Shown here piece after piece: positions 12,799-24,553 of a DNA stretch of 64,000 nt. The notes below the pieces were generated by a model. The model did no database searches. It saw only the letters and a program-made list of their open reading frames with translations, and was not told the origin of the DNA. Source of the DNA: Salisapilia sapeloensis CBS 127946 (lineage: Eukaryota > Protista > Oomycota); contig JAADVB010000034.1 in NCBI GenBank assembly GCA_023334545.1, positions 42,095 to 106,094 of the forward strand. The letters are read 5' to 3'. The number at the start of each line of letters is the position of its first letter. Position 1 is the stretch's first letter. The position numbers and the translations under genes were made by a program.

Positions 12799-14515
12799 TT
12801 ACCAGACAAAGTGGTGCTGGTCCGCCTCATCCGCTTGACCCACTTTGCTCTCATCTTCCGTCTGCTTCAACTGCCGTTCTGGTTGAGATCGCCACATGAC
12901 CTGTCGACCTTTACGTTTCTTTGGTGCTTGCATGCTCCGTTCCATGGACTTTTTCATCCGCTCTTCGTACATCTTTTGCTGCTGCGCAATGCGTTCTTGT
13001 CGTACTCGTTCCCGACGCTCCTTTTCTTTCTCCTTCTCTGCTTTGACGACAAAGTCTTCTGGCATTTGCTCAATGGCACTGAGCAAGTCTTCCAGCCTTG
13101 CTTCCAAGTCTGTAAGCATGTACAAGGTCGACGAGTTCGACTCTGCTTCGAATCCACACTTCTTGTACACTTCCAATACACGATCCTGCAAGTCTTTTAA
13201 CACTTTCTCCTGTGCATTCTCCATGGAACTGCCCATGGATCGTTGCTTAAGTTGTTGCATCTTGCTGCTCTCCAACGCGATTTGGTTCTGCAGTTTATCA
13301 ACGTTCTGCTGCAGAGCAGACGTCTTCTTATCCATAGCTTTCTTCGTTTCCTGGAACGTCTGCTTGAGCTCTTCCAATGTCTGCTCTGTGTCTTGACTGT
13401 TCTGAATTAGGAACAGGTTGCTCTCTTCCAAAGCTGTGAATATATCCAAGAGCTGCTGTGGATGCTGAAAGTACATGGGAATCTCTTCATCCTCTTTTTC
13501 CACTGTGATTGCGTCGAGGTTGGGCATGGGAGGAAGTTGAGCATCACCTTTCAACGTCTTGCCTTTGTCCCTCTTTTTGCCTTTGCTTTCCGGTCGATCA
13601 TTTTCCACCCTCTCACGCTCTTCCGCCTCTGCCATGACTGCAGCTCGTTGCGTCTCATATTCATCCATCACCTCCTGACGTCGTTGCTGTAACCTAGCTT
13701 CATACCGCTCTTGCCTTTTCTGAATTTCCTCTTGAACGTACTCTGGTGGTGTCAAGTCATCTAGGAAAGCCTTGTATTGGAGACAATCTTGTAGCTGTTC
13801 ACTGAGTTTGGTAATCTCGCTCTGGACACCCTGGATTTGCTGGTTCAGTTTTTTGATATCTTGCACCTTCTCAGCCTTGGCTTTCGTCTCTTTCTCGGCG
13901 ATTTTAATCGCGTCATGTGCTTTTTTATCATTTTCCTTGAGAAACGCGTCAAAGCGGATGGCGTCCTCTTCCAACATTAATTCGCTCTTTTTCAACGCAT
14001 CTTCCTTCAACTGAGCTTTTTCCTCCAATTTTCGAATCTCTTCTCGTTTCGTGTCAAGTGACATTTGGACGAGAAACATTTCACGCTTCTTGGCGATGAA
14101 GTCCACCATATTTTCCTTGTTGCGAAGCCGGTCACTCGCGACGCTTGCGCTAGCAGCTGCAATGAGACCTCGCATGCGTCTGTCAGAGGTCTTCGAACCT
14201 GCTACATCCCCGGGCTACATGAGACATCCGTATAAACGATCGAGTTAGAAAGCGATATCGGATGGCATGCAATGCAGATCGTACAGTATCGTCAGTATTA
14301 AATCGCTGGATCGTGCCGATTTTGGAGGACTGTGTGGTCTTTTCATGGATTTTCAGGCTGGAAGTCTTTCGCTTTTCCTAATACCAGGTGGCGGTCAGAT
14401 GACATGTAGTAACCTACGAGCCGTAAGATGTTACTTCGTCCTTGCGCTTCCTCTCAGTCTCTTTCAACCGGAAGACTTCTTCATCAGATGGCAGTGTGAA
14501 AGGATTTTGCTCCAT
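12799..14515 (-). CDS. CFAP100: Cilia/flagella-associated coiled-coil protein CFAP100-like (DUF4200), 3 exons
   Basis: N-terminus MEQNPFTLPSDEEVF. Motifs KENMVDFIAKKREMFLVQMSLDTKREEI, LEEDAIRFDAFLKEND, YFQHPQQLLDIFTALEESNLFLIQNSQ, KKRKGRQVMWRS. Confidence 0.85.
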
Positions 14516-15354
14516 GGCAAGAAGAAGCTCGTCGTGCCGCAGTCAATCTGCTTTTGCAGCGAAGGAAGTATAAATAAAAGTATTATTAATAGATAGAAGT
14601 CGAAGTTGATTCTCAGGTGTTTCTGAATTGAAATGTGTACCACATTTCCCCATCGACTTGACGACAAGAACCAATGCAAGTCTGTACCTTCATCCGTGAT
14701 ATCCGAGCCGATCTTTCCCATAGTACACGCTAGAAATTTCGTCTACGCAGACCCAAGTGCCGACAGTACGAAGTGCACAAGTGGCATCGGTGCGTAAGTC
14801 GCGCTCCAAGTCAGCAAGTCTGCAGGTTTCCCGAAGGTTACATACAGTCGGTCATACAGATCCGTACGTACACTTCGACCAAACAACCTGAGTGTCTCGT
14901 ATAAAAAGGTCGAATTGCAGCATATCCGCTATAGTCGGCGCAAGTATTTCCGGACGCGAAAGCTGATCGACGCTGGCTGACTCGCTTATATCGAGCTGCC
15001 ACCACGAAGCGAAGCGGAAGAGGACTGCTTCTTGTGGTTACATTTGACGCTTTTTCGTCGCACCCAACTTTTGTTTCCGGGAGCGTATTCCCTTCAATTT
15101 CGTCCGTATAGGATCTGCTACGAGCGCCGAGAAGTCATTCTAATCATACCGATACTTGTGCCAACCGCTACGGTCGCACTAGACGAGAAAGGAGTTTGCA
15201 ATTTACTTGGAATCGTCTTCCTTACTCGAATCGCTTCGTGAGGACATTGCTGTCAAGCACGGCGTACGTGTTATATAATAGTGTTGTTGACTAGAAAGAG
15301 TCAGAGCATCGCGCGAGGTAAAACCGACACGAATACACAGTACTCGGTAGGAGC

Positions 15355-18135
15355 ATGGCAGGGTACAATCCGAACACAGATGAAGTGGCGCCGTCGGCCA
15401 TGTCCCATGAAGAGATGCTCGAGCACCAAATGAATTTACACCAGCGCATCCAGCAGCAGATGCAGATGCAGCGGGAGATCACTTCCCAGTTTGGCAGCAC
15501 CCGAGGGTCTTTTTCCTCTTCTTTAGGTAAAGTAGAGCCGGACCTTGGTGACAACGTCTTCGACATGCTGGATGACCTCATTCTCATTCCGTCCGGCGCG
15601 ATGCCTCCAGAGCGAACTTCCTTGTCCCACAAACAAGCCGATCTTGATGATAACACGAGCAGCTCTGGACGCGACAGTCTCGCTGACATCCTCGAGTCGC
15701 TCGACTTGGACGAGGGAGATACGTTAAGTGATGGCAACCGATCGCTGGAGAACGATAGTCTCAAAAGCCCGAGTGTGGATGAATCATTCGATGATATCGA
15801 TCTAAGCGATGTCGATGACGACTTTGACGACGATGGAAGTGACCTTGGTGTTGACGATGAAGATGAAGAGGACGAAGTGGTACAGGATGATACGAGAAGC
15901 AGCGGAAGTAGCGACAATGACAGCGACGGCAGTGGACCAATTACGACATTTGCTACGAATTCGGAGAGCGAGACGATCGTAGACAGCATTGATCGTAGTC
16001 GCAAATCTTCATTCAGTCGTAAATCGTCGCTATCATCCATGTCGATGTCCCAGAGCGGAAATAGTTGTACATTGGTGTGGGAAGGAGGTCTCTTGGGTAT
16101 GAGGCTGCGCATGTCACACTCGAGAGGTCTGCCGGTCGTATCTAAGCTTACTGGTAGAAGTGCCATCGTGGGCATCCATCTCGTGGATGTCGGTGATTTG
16201 CTTATGCAGATTGGCAACGTCAGTACGCGTGATCTGGAGTTTATGGAGATGATCGACTACCTGAAGAACGTGACCAAGCCATGTAAACTCGTCTTCCGAC
16301 GTTTACACGCCGATCCAATGGCTGTACGACCTGTTCAGCCGACGATCACCAGCTCCATCGGACTTCAATTGGCTGCTAAAATCGCTGAAATCACAAATGG
16401 AGATCCGGATAAAGCATCTTCCACTCCTCTCGTCAAGTTAGAAGACAAGTACGAGGTCAAGTGGATGGACGGACCGCTCGGCATCAGTCTAATCGCGAGT
16501 AAAGAAGTTGCCTATCCACTAGTGACGCGTATCACTGGCAAGAACAGATCACCGCAGGTACAAGACGTCCAGCCAGGTCATTATTTGGTTCAGATTGGAT
16601 CGTACAATACGGCGGACGGGAACTTTAACGCTGCGATCAAGTACTTGCAGAAAGTGAGCAAACCAGTGGCCTTGTACTTTTGTCCAGGCAATAAAAAGGT
16701 GTCAACTCGTCCGGAATTGATGGCAGATGAGTTTGAACATGTTTGGGAAAAGAAACAACCGCTGAGCTTTACGGTCCGTCCGGATGACGTTGGTCGGATC
16801 ATCGTTGCAGACCTAGGAAGTGCCAAGTCCATTAAGGTAAAGGCCAAGGGAAGCAATAACTTATCGGCTCAAGTGGACAATGGCGACTATATCGTATACA
16901 TCAACGACGACTCGACCTCTGGCATAACCTTCCACGATGCCTTGCTCAAACTACGCACAGCCAAGAGACCGCTCGTGATTCGCTTTAAGAAGAACCCGCC
17001 GCCAGCTCCTGTGCTTCCAAAGCCAACTCCCGCGCTTCCAAAGCCAGCTTCCGTTCCTCCAAAGTCTTTCACTGCTGCACCTGTGGCAGCACCACCGGCC
17101 CCTGTGGAGAAGAGCAAGTCACAACCTGCTGCGTTAACTTCATTGACACGAGGTGGGAGCCAGAAGACAGAGGTAGGGAAGTCATCAGATCCGGTACAGG
17201 CAGACGTAAAGCCACAGACAGCTCCTATGCCTCCACCGAAGAAGGCAAGCAGCCTTGGCGATGAAAAGAAGGATGCATCATCAAGACAGAATGCCGTACG
17301 ACGTCAGCAGAGTGCAGACAAGCCCTTGACGTCCGTTCACCAAAAGGAACCTGCTAATGCTGCAGAGAAGCCACGTAGTCGAGAGCGACCGCCTGCACCT
17401 CGAAAGCCTGTAGAAAAAGCGGAGGAGGTATCACGAGCGAGTAAACAGGGGCATGAGACGCCAGTGCGACAGTCTCCTCGGAACAGCAGTGAGCGAGAAC
17501 GGACGCATTCACATGGCCGGAGTTCGTCACAGTCGTCTTCATCTGCTGATGAAGACGAATACGAAGTGGTGTGGCCGGAAGGAACGGCGTTGGGACTGAC
17601 GTTGCGTGTGCATCCGACGACAAGATTTCCGGTCGTTGCTCGAGTCACAGGTACGAGCAATTTCAAGAACATCGAGCACGTTGCGCCTGGTGACGTCCTC
17701 TTCGCTGCGAACAACAAGAGCATTGTGCCCCAGCCAAAGTTTAAACAGACGCTGGAGAACCTAAGCAAGCTGCCCAAGCCAGCCGTCCTCCGGTTTCGAC
17801 GTGCACGGGCGATGGTGACATCACCGCACGGGTCGTCGGAAGGTAGTTCGGAAGGTGGTGGATCGAGAGGATCGAGTCTTCGAGAGAACGAGTACGAGCT
17901 CGTGTGGAAGGAGAGTGTAAGTCTAGGTCTGGTCTTCAGCGCAGATGGAGACGTGCCGAAAGTGACCAAGGTGGATTATGATGCAGGGAACCCAGGGCTG
18001 AAGAAGGTGGAACAAGGAGATGCGCTCACGTGGATTGGATCGCGTGAAATTCGAGGAGCATCGTTCCATTCATCGATGGCAGCTTTGAGAGCAGTGAAGC
18101 GGCCTGTTGTGTTGCGGTTCCAGAAGCGGACTTGA
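15355..18135 (+). CDS. Intronless 926 aa protein with five PDZ-like repeats, an acidic N-terminus and a Pro/Ser-rich linker
   Basis: Five repeats of the form (Y/F)ExxW..GxLG(L/I)xL...PxVxxxxG...VxxGDxLxxI....F...(I/L)xxL...KPxxLxF. Confidence 0.75.
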   Translation: MAGYNPNTDEVAPSAMSHEEMLEHQMNLHQRIQQQMQMQREITSQFGSTRGSFSSSLGKVEPDLGDNVFDMLDDLILIPSGAMPPERTSLSHKQADLDDNTSSSGRDSLADILESLDLDEGDTLSDGNRSLENDSLKSPSVDESFDDIDLSDVDDDFDDDGSDLGVDDEDEEDEVVQDDTRSSGSSDNDSDGSGPITTFATNSESETIVDSIDRSRKSSFSRKSSLSSMSMSQSGNSCTLVWEGGLLGMRLRMSHSRGLPVVSKLTGRSAIVGIHLVDVGDLLMQIGNVSTRDLEFMEMIDYLKNVTKPCKLVFRRLHADPMAVRPVQPTITSSIGLQLAAKIAEITNGDPDKASSTPLVKLEDKYEVKWMDGPLGISLIASKEVAYPLVTRITGKNRSPQVQDVQPGHYLVQIGSYNTADGNFNAAIKYLQKVSKPVALYFCPGNKKVSTRPELMADEFEHVWEKKQPLSFTVRPDDVGRIIVADLGSAKSIKVKAKGSNNLSAQVDNGDYIVYINDDSTSGITFHDALLKLRTAKRPLVIRFKKNPPPAPVLPKPTPALPKPASVPPKSFTAAPVAAPPAPVEKSKSQPAALTSLTRGGSQKTEVGKSSDPVQADVKPQTAPMPPPKKASSLGDEKKDASSRQNAVRRQQSADKPLTSVHQKEPANAAEKPRSRERPPAPRKPVEKAEEVSRASKQGHETPVRQSPRNSSERERTHSHGRSSSQSSSSADEDEYEVVWPEGTALGLTLRVHPTTRFPVVARVTGTSNFKNIEHVAPGDVLFAANNKSIVPQPKFKQTLENLSKLPKPAVLRFRRARAMVTSPHGSSEGSSEGGGSRGSSLRENEYELVWKESVSLGLVFSADGDVPKVTKVDYDAGNPGLKKVEQGDALTWIGSREIRGASFHSSMAALRAVKRPVVLRFQKRT

Positions 18136-18645
18136 GTACGAAGCAGTGGGTAGAGCACCGGAAGACTTTTTTCTTGTCGACCGGCAAGAAGTTGTGAGTG
18201 AATACACAAGCAGAGGAGAAAGAAAAAAATGAAGGAGAACATGAACAAAGGAACATGAATTGGATACAGCGATTCATTTTTACTTTTCTGGTCTTGTGCA
18301 TCGTAATCTGTAACTTGAAGGTGGAGCGGGTGAAACATGCCGGACAAGCGTTAAGAATACAATGGCCACTAGCCAAGTATTTTTGGCAGCAATTAGACTG
18401 GAAGCTGGTCTTGAAACGGATACATTTAGGCGGATGCAAAAGGTCGAAAGCTTCTGGGAAACGGGGTACGACAAGAACACGAAGCAAGGCTCGATTGACA
18501 CTCCAGTGCGAGTGGCCAACTAATAAGCAATACCTGATCTGCTAGGAACGTGTTTGGATCCAGAAGGACATTTTCTATCTTTGCTTTCGACCAAGCCCCT
18601 CGCGTTCGCACAGACTACTAGCAAGTACATTTGCAATCAAAAGCT

Positions 18646-19233
18646 ATGCCGTCCGACACTCCGTTACACAAAGCAGCTCACAATGGCGACAAAGGAGCAT
18701 GCCTACAGATATTAGAAGAAGGCACGGTAGATGTCAATGCCCCTGGAGCAGGCGACCGTCGAGCACTGCATCGCGCTGCTGGCGGTAATCACACCGAGTT
18801 ATGCACGCTACTGCTGGGCAAAGGAGCAGAAATCGATGGGGTACGTACTATTGTTTGCTGTGTCATCCACTTGACGCTCCAGGTACTAATCGATCCGATT
18901 TACCATGTCTAGGCGGATAAAAGCGGTCGAACGGCACTGCATTGGGCAGCTATATCTGGCCATAAAGAAGCAACGTTGATACTATTACAGAAAGGAGGGA
19001 ATGTGAATGCCGAGACAACGACAGGCATGACTCCGCTGCATGGTGCAGCCGAAGGTGGTAAGGCAGATATTGTAAGAGTTCTTATGGAGAATAAGGCCGA
19101 CTCGACAAAGCGTGATTCGAACGGTAAGCTCGCATTCGACTATGCAATGGACGGCAAGCATAAGGCGGTGGTCAAGGTGCTGAAGGAAACAGGAGACGCT
19201 GCGGCGCAGAGTGCTTCTTGTTTGATTCAATGA
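18646..19233 (+). CDS. Small ankyrin-repeat protein, 2 exons (intron 18841-18912)
   Basis: TPLHKAA, RALHRAA, GRTALHWAA, GMTPLHGAA repeats. Confidence 0.88.
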
Positions 19234-19775
19234 GACTCGAATTATTAGGCTGTAGTCTCGTCACTAACTCCCTTGCCAATATAAAATGTTTCAAGCAATT
19301 TCCATGACCTTCGTCGAGATAAGGAGCCGTATACGTTGTAAGATCGAGGTATCTTAATGCCAACGCGATCACAATTGCGGTCTTGTAGCTTGAGCTACAT
19401 TAAATATGCTGCCTTCATCTCGTTGTGATCATCTCTACCTGCCTTAAAAGTTTCCATGGCCTCCACTATACACTATAAGCTATGTTTCGAAGTTACTACA
19501 CACAAACCATATCTTTGTTTCTAGTCATATACAGGTTCCAATAACGCTTTGTAAGCGATCGTTCCTCGGCTTGCAAAGATACTCCGAGTCGGCTAATAAC
19601 TCGATATCCTATTTCTCGACACAGTAACTCATTATTCTCTTAGCCTCAATGCCAAGTTCCAATCAGAGGATGACCGGATGAGTCTCGATACGAACGAATT
19701 TATCGACGCAAAGACACAAAGGCAATGGAAAGCTTGGCCATATCGATTTTTATTTCACAACAAAATCCAGCGACC

Positions 19776-21728
19776 TTAACGAGGTCGTCTTGCCCTCCAC
19801 TGCTCCTTCTGCGTCTTGCGCTTGACAAGCTGCGCCTTCTTCTTTTGCTTAATACGCATCTCTCTCTTCGCGTCCTCCTTCTTCTGTTCCTGCGTCTTGC
19901 CTTGCACCGCGTCCTTCTTCTTGAATCTCTCCTGACGCTTTTCCGCCGCAGTCTTCTTCTCCCCCTCCTCGTCCTCCGCCTTACCCAACAATACGTTCTC
20001 GTAATCCTCCTTGGACATCTTTCCCTTCTTTTTCTTCTTGAACAACCGTTCTTCCTCTGCAAGCTCATCCCACTCGTCTAGAATCTGCTGATGCGCTCCT
20101 TTCTTTTTCTCACGACGTCGAGGCTTCTCTTCCTCTTCCCTCTTTCGCTTCTTGTCCTTCTCCTCATGCTTCTTCTTCCTCTTCTCTTCATTCTCCTTTT
20201 CAAACTCGACCAGTTTCTTCTGTCGATCCTTCTCACGTGCCTTATCCTTGTACTTGATCTGTGTGAAGTCGACGTCCGTCGCTGGAGTGAAGTCGATCGT
20301 AGTGTTACGAAGCTCACTGATCTTGGGTAAACGCAAGAGAGCAAAGCCTCGCGCGACAGCACCTAGGTCCAAGTCCTTGAATCGGAAGATGAACTGACAC
20401 TGATGCTCTTTGTAAGACCGGACGAACGAGATAAACGCTTTCGTTCCTTTCTCTAACAAATCACGATCTTCCAGTTCCCACTTCTTTACATCTGGAAGAA
20501 CGTCACACAGAGTATCGATTGGGAACGTCATTTCTTCACAAGGTACTTTACGTAGCTCGAGGAAGTTGATGTAAGCGTCTTCATTAGAAGAAAGGAACGA
20601 GAGAGCGGAGCCGGACCGACCGGCACGAGCTGTACGACCAACGCGATGGACGAAAAAGTTAGGATCCTGAGGTGGATCGAACTGGACGATCCAGTCAACA
20701 TCCGGCAAGTCGATGCCTCTTGCAACGACATCCGTGCAGACGAGGACACCGTTGGATGCAGACGCGAACTCGTTGTAGTGTGTCGTACGCTTCTTTTGCG
20801 GCATCTTTCCATGCAGTGAGACGATGGGTGCTTCCAAATTCTCTTGAGTCGTCAATGTCGACAAGACACGTCCGAAGAAATCGACGGCATCACATGTGGA
20901 GAAGAAGACAATGAGCTTTTGGTCCTTGGCTTTCGACTGGATAAAGTGCCAGAGTGCAGACAGTCGATGCTCGTGGCCTACGAAAGCGTAATAGTTACTC
21001 AATGTCGCTGGTGTCACCTGCTTGTTGTTTGCGACTTGCACTGAGACTGTCGCTGGGTTTCGAAGTCCTGCTCGAGCAAGTGCCTTGACTTCCTGTGTCT
21101 GCGTCGCTGAAAAGAGCGCTGTTCGTCTCTGTTTCGGCAAGTGGTTTAGAATCACGTTTAAACTCTTTTCGAAACCCATGTCGAGTAGCGTATCTGCTTC
21201 ATCGAGTACGAGGATGGCAAACTCTCTCGTGTCGACAGTCGAGCCAACGCATCGATCAAGCAAGTCCTGTGTTCTTCCTGGCGTTCCGACGACGATACAG
21301 CATTGGCCAGATGCATCGTGGAGTAGCTTAAGGTCATCCTGAACCTGTGTGCCTCCAACGAAGCAAAGCAGACTTACTGATTTGGCTGGTAGAGCGGCAT
21401 CGACAAATGTCTGTGCAGTATCAGCGATTTGTTTCGCCAATTCACGTGTTGGAGAGATAATCATAGAGACGAGCTTGGTTACATTGGCTTCCTTTGCTGG
21501 AGGAGTGATAGTGCCATCGGATAAAGAAGCACGTAGCAATTGGATGATTGGCAGGACGAACGCCAGTGTCTTGCCGCTGCCAGTGCATGCATCGACGCAG
21601 ACATCTTTGTGCGAGAGGAAAAGAGGTATAGTAGCTGCCTGGACAGGTGTCATGTGCTCGAATTGTATCTTGTCGAGCTCCACCAGCATTTCGCTGCATA
21701 GCGGTGGTGAGACCTCGGAGAACTTCAT
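19776..21728 (-). CDS. DDX55: DEAD-box helicase DDX55/SPB4 (60S biogenesis)
   Basis: TPVQAATIPLF, ACTGSGKTLAF, PTRELA, DEADTLLDMGF, SAT, VFFSTC, HRVGRTARAG, AFISFVRSYKEHQCQFIF, FALLRLPKISEL; K/R/E-rich tail. Confidence 0.93.
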   Translation of the reverse strand: MKFSEVSPPLCSEMLVELDKIQFEHMTPVQAATIPLFLSHKDVCVDACTGSGKTLAFVLPIIQLLRASLSDGTITPPAKEANVTKLVSMIISPTRELAKQIADTAQTFVDAALPAKSVSLLCFVGGTQVQDDLKLLHDASGQCCIVVGTPGRTQDLLDRCVGSTVDTREFAILVLDEADTLLDMGFEKSLNVILNHLPKQRRTALFSATQTQEVKALARAGLRNPATVSVQVANNKQVTPATLSNYYAFVGHEHRLSALWHFIQSKAKDQKLIVFFSTCDAVDFFGRVLSTLTTQENLEAPIVSLHGKMPQKKRTTHYNEFASASNGVLVCTDVVARGIDLPDVDWIVQFDPPQDPNFFVHRVGRTARAGRSGSALSFLSSNEDAYINFLELRKVPCEEMTFPIDTLCDVLPDVKKWELEDRDLLEKGTKAFISFVRSYKEHQCQFIFRFKDLDLGAVARGFALLRLPKISELRNTTIDFTPATDVDFTQIKYKDKAREKDRQKKLVEFEKENEEKRKKKHEEKDKKRKREEEEKPRRREKKKGAHQQILDEWDELAEEERLFKKKKKGKMSKEDYENVLLGKAEDEEGEKKTAAEKRQERFKKKDAVQGKTQEQKKEDAKREMRIKQKKKAQLVKRKTQKEQWRARRPR

Positions 21729-21928
21729 GCTTGTCTTCGTTGGTTCCTAGAGCTGATGTGGTTGGCAGATGAAGTAGCTCTAAAGCTTCAAGTTAAAGTG
21801 GTTTATTGGGGCAGTTTAGTATGGAACTTAAAAATACTATATTAAAGAGAATATGAATAAAATTACGCCGAACAACAAATTCTGACAACGAATTATCAAA
21901 AACAACTCGAGGACCTTTGTCTGCGTGT

Positions 21929-23399
21929 ATGATGGCGAAACATCATCGTGACAAAGATGACGACCGAAAGGATAAGCGCAAGGATAAACACAAAAAGAAG
22001 AGTCACGAAAAGAAGAAGAAAAAGCACAAGCGTTCGTCTAGAGAGGAAGAAGCACCGACCGTCGATCACGATGTACTATTTTATCTACAAATTTTCTATA
22101 CGCTATTGACATTATAAGATTGTAGCAAGCGATAACAGTCACAAAGAATCTATTGAATGACTTCCCAGCTATTGGTAGTGAACTCTTATCGTTGCTGCAA
22201 ATGCTCGACGATGGACAGACCGCTGTTATCGGTGGGATCGAAAACAAATCGATTAAATCCTACTTGAAAAAGCTATTTCCTTTGCTAGGATTATCCAAAG
22301 TACGTCCTCTAATCTAGTTATATGTACCTTTACTTAAACTTCAATTGTAGTTAAAAGCACCAAAAGGGGCTTATGCTAAACAGTCGACAGAGGTGAAGAA
22401 TACAAACCTTCTCGAGCTCTTCCAACGTCTACTGTCCGAGAGTGCTAGTACCAAAGAAAAGAAACCAGACGTTATTTCTGCACCGGAACCAGCAAAACGA
22501 GCGACACCGATTGGACCAACTCTACCAGCTACCGTGTCGGAAGAAACAAAGCAAGTGGACCTAGATGACTCCGATGATGAGACAGTGGGACCTGCACTTC
22601 CAGGATCCGAAGCTCAGCGACTTCCTGATCAAGCAGTGGAAGAAGAGATGGCGAAGAAAGCAGAAGAGCTGAAACAGCAGCAATGGAAAAAGGCTCGAGG
22701 GGAGAAGACGGGTGAGGAACTAGCATCATCCGGTGCAAAGCGAGAGGCTTGGATGACCATGATGCCAGAACAAGACTTTTTAAAAGATACTCTTGGAGGT
22801 GGAAACAAACCTCAACCTGGCAAAGCTGCTTCCTTTAGAGCGTATGCTTTCGTATATGACATGTCCAAGGAGCGACTCATACAGACTTGAAAATAGAAAA
22901 GAAGCTGCTCAGGTGGACGAGACGTGGTTCGAAAGTCCTGAGGAGCGTGAACGATCGAATCGAGCCAAGCTGGACATGTACGTGAACTTCAATATTTGTG
23001 CAATTGACGACTGATGTGATGCATAGGGAGTTATTGGGGTATGTGCGGCAAGAGAATGCTCCGAGGAAACCTTCAAAGCCAAGTCTAAAGTCTACAAAAC
23101 CGTCTGTGAATGAATCCATCCAGCCAAGTGCAAACGCGAAAGCGGATGAAGACATGAGAAGGCAAATGGACCAACTTCGAGAGAGTAGAGGCCCGTCTTT
23201 GCTGGAGAAATACAAGCAGCAACAAGCAGATGATAAAAAACAAGGCATTAAAAGACCAGCGACGTCTGGTTGGGACCGAGATCGGGATTTGAAAGTTAAA
23301 AAGAAAATGTCCAAGGAAGAAGCAGAGCAGATTTTGAAATCATCTCAGCAGATTAGCTCCAAGTTCGCACCTCCGACGATCTCTCGACAATTTCTCTAG
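21929..23399 (+). CDS. GPALPP-motif / DUF3752-type protein, 5 exons
   Basis: IGPTLP, VGPALP, KREAWMTMMP, ETWFESPEER, RGPSLLEKY, WDRDRDL; lysine-rich N-terminus. Four short introns restore the frame. Confidence 0.75.
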
Positions 23400-23418
23400 G
23401 TCTCTTAGATTCATCATG

Positions 23419-24418
23419 TCACTCTACTTTGCCTTGGTGTCTTGTAAACATGCGCAGCAAGCTTTGGCATTTTTCTTTGACGCCCATAACATCGAGATGT
23501 AGGATGCTAGACGATAGTTCCCAAAGCTTCTGTTTGAATGTTGCAAATGAAAAACTCTCGGCTGGTTCAATCTGACTTTCCACCTCTTTCTTGTCTTCGT
23601 ACAGCTTCCCAACTGCATTCACCATCATCTTCTTGTGAAAGCTTGCTTGCTGACGATTTTGTATGGTGCTACGTTGTTCTTCACGGTCAATATCCCGTTT
23701 TTGACGCTCAAGTAGCTCCAGCTCAGCTTTCACGTTTTCAGATGATGCCAGTGTCGTCATGGCGATAGCAATGTCATCTCTGTAGATACCTCTCAGACCT
23801 TAGATCCGAATAAAAATACGGCTAAAATGTACCGAGCTTTAGAAAAGAAGTGTAGTTTTGTATAAGCTCGTGCTCTCTGTCGAAGAGCTTTTGTGCTAGA
23901 AGGGTTGATTAAAAGCGCTTGACAGCTAATTGCCCGTGCCTTCTCCCATTCCTATATGATGGTCAGTATTGTGACTGCACCATGACCTATGCTACATATA
24001 CTACCTGCAGTGACAAGAAGCATGCTGTAAGATTGCATGTCAATGGCAACTGAAGATCTAGTTGGCACTGTCGCTTCTCTTCCGGCGTGTAACCGAAATC
24101 TAATCCGGCCAATGCTTGCAAGTAGATATCCGCAGCTGATGCATACTCTTTCTTACCAAACGCTTCGTTACCTCTTTGGCGTTGCTCTTGCACCCAATGA
24201 TGTTTGCTTTGCTTATCTAGAGAGGATGTCAGCTCCGCTGCGTGGCGTACCTTTGCCTTCGTATCCAGTGCAGCAATCTCTTTCTCGGACGTATTGAGCA
24301 GCACACCATTATCCATCCGCCGTTGTAAACTAATTTTTGCATTGTCGTCCGTCGCTACTGGTGCCATAACTTCGTTCATGCTGGAAAGCATTCGGGAGAC
24401 CGTGAACGCTTCCGCCAT
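23419..24418 (-). CDS. TPR-repeat protein, 3 exons
   Basis: QRQRGNEAFGKKEYASAADIYLQAL, LTCNLTACFL..EWEKARAISCQALLINPSSTKALRQRARAY (TPR pattern). Confidence 0.8.
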
Positions 24419-24553
24419 GACGTCGGCTACAGGTTGGATTCAAAGAACTGCTGACACTAAAATGGCTTCAACGCCTCTTCATGATTTCGTCGGCTAACTT
24501 GCAATTTGTATGGCTGACTCGCTCGAACTCGACACAAACGAGAACGGATTGAA

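Noticed and set aside
18026-18611. Overlapping 60-150 aa ORFs between the PDZ and ankyrin genes
   Set aside because: ORFs on both strands with no motifs; likely UTR or intergenic.
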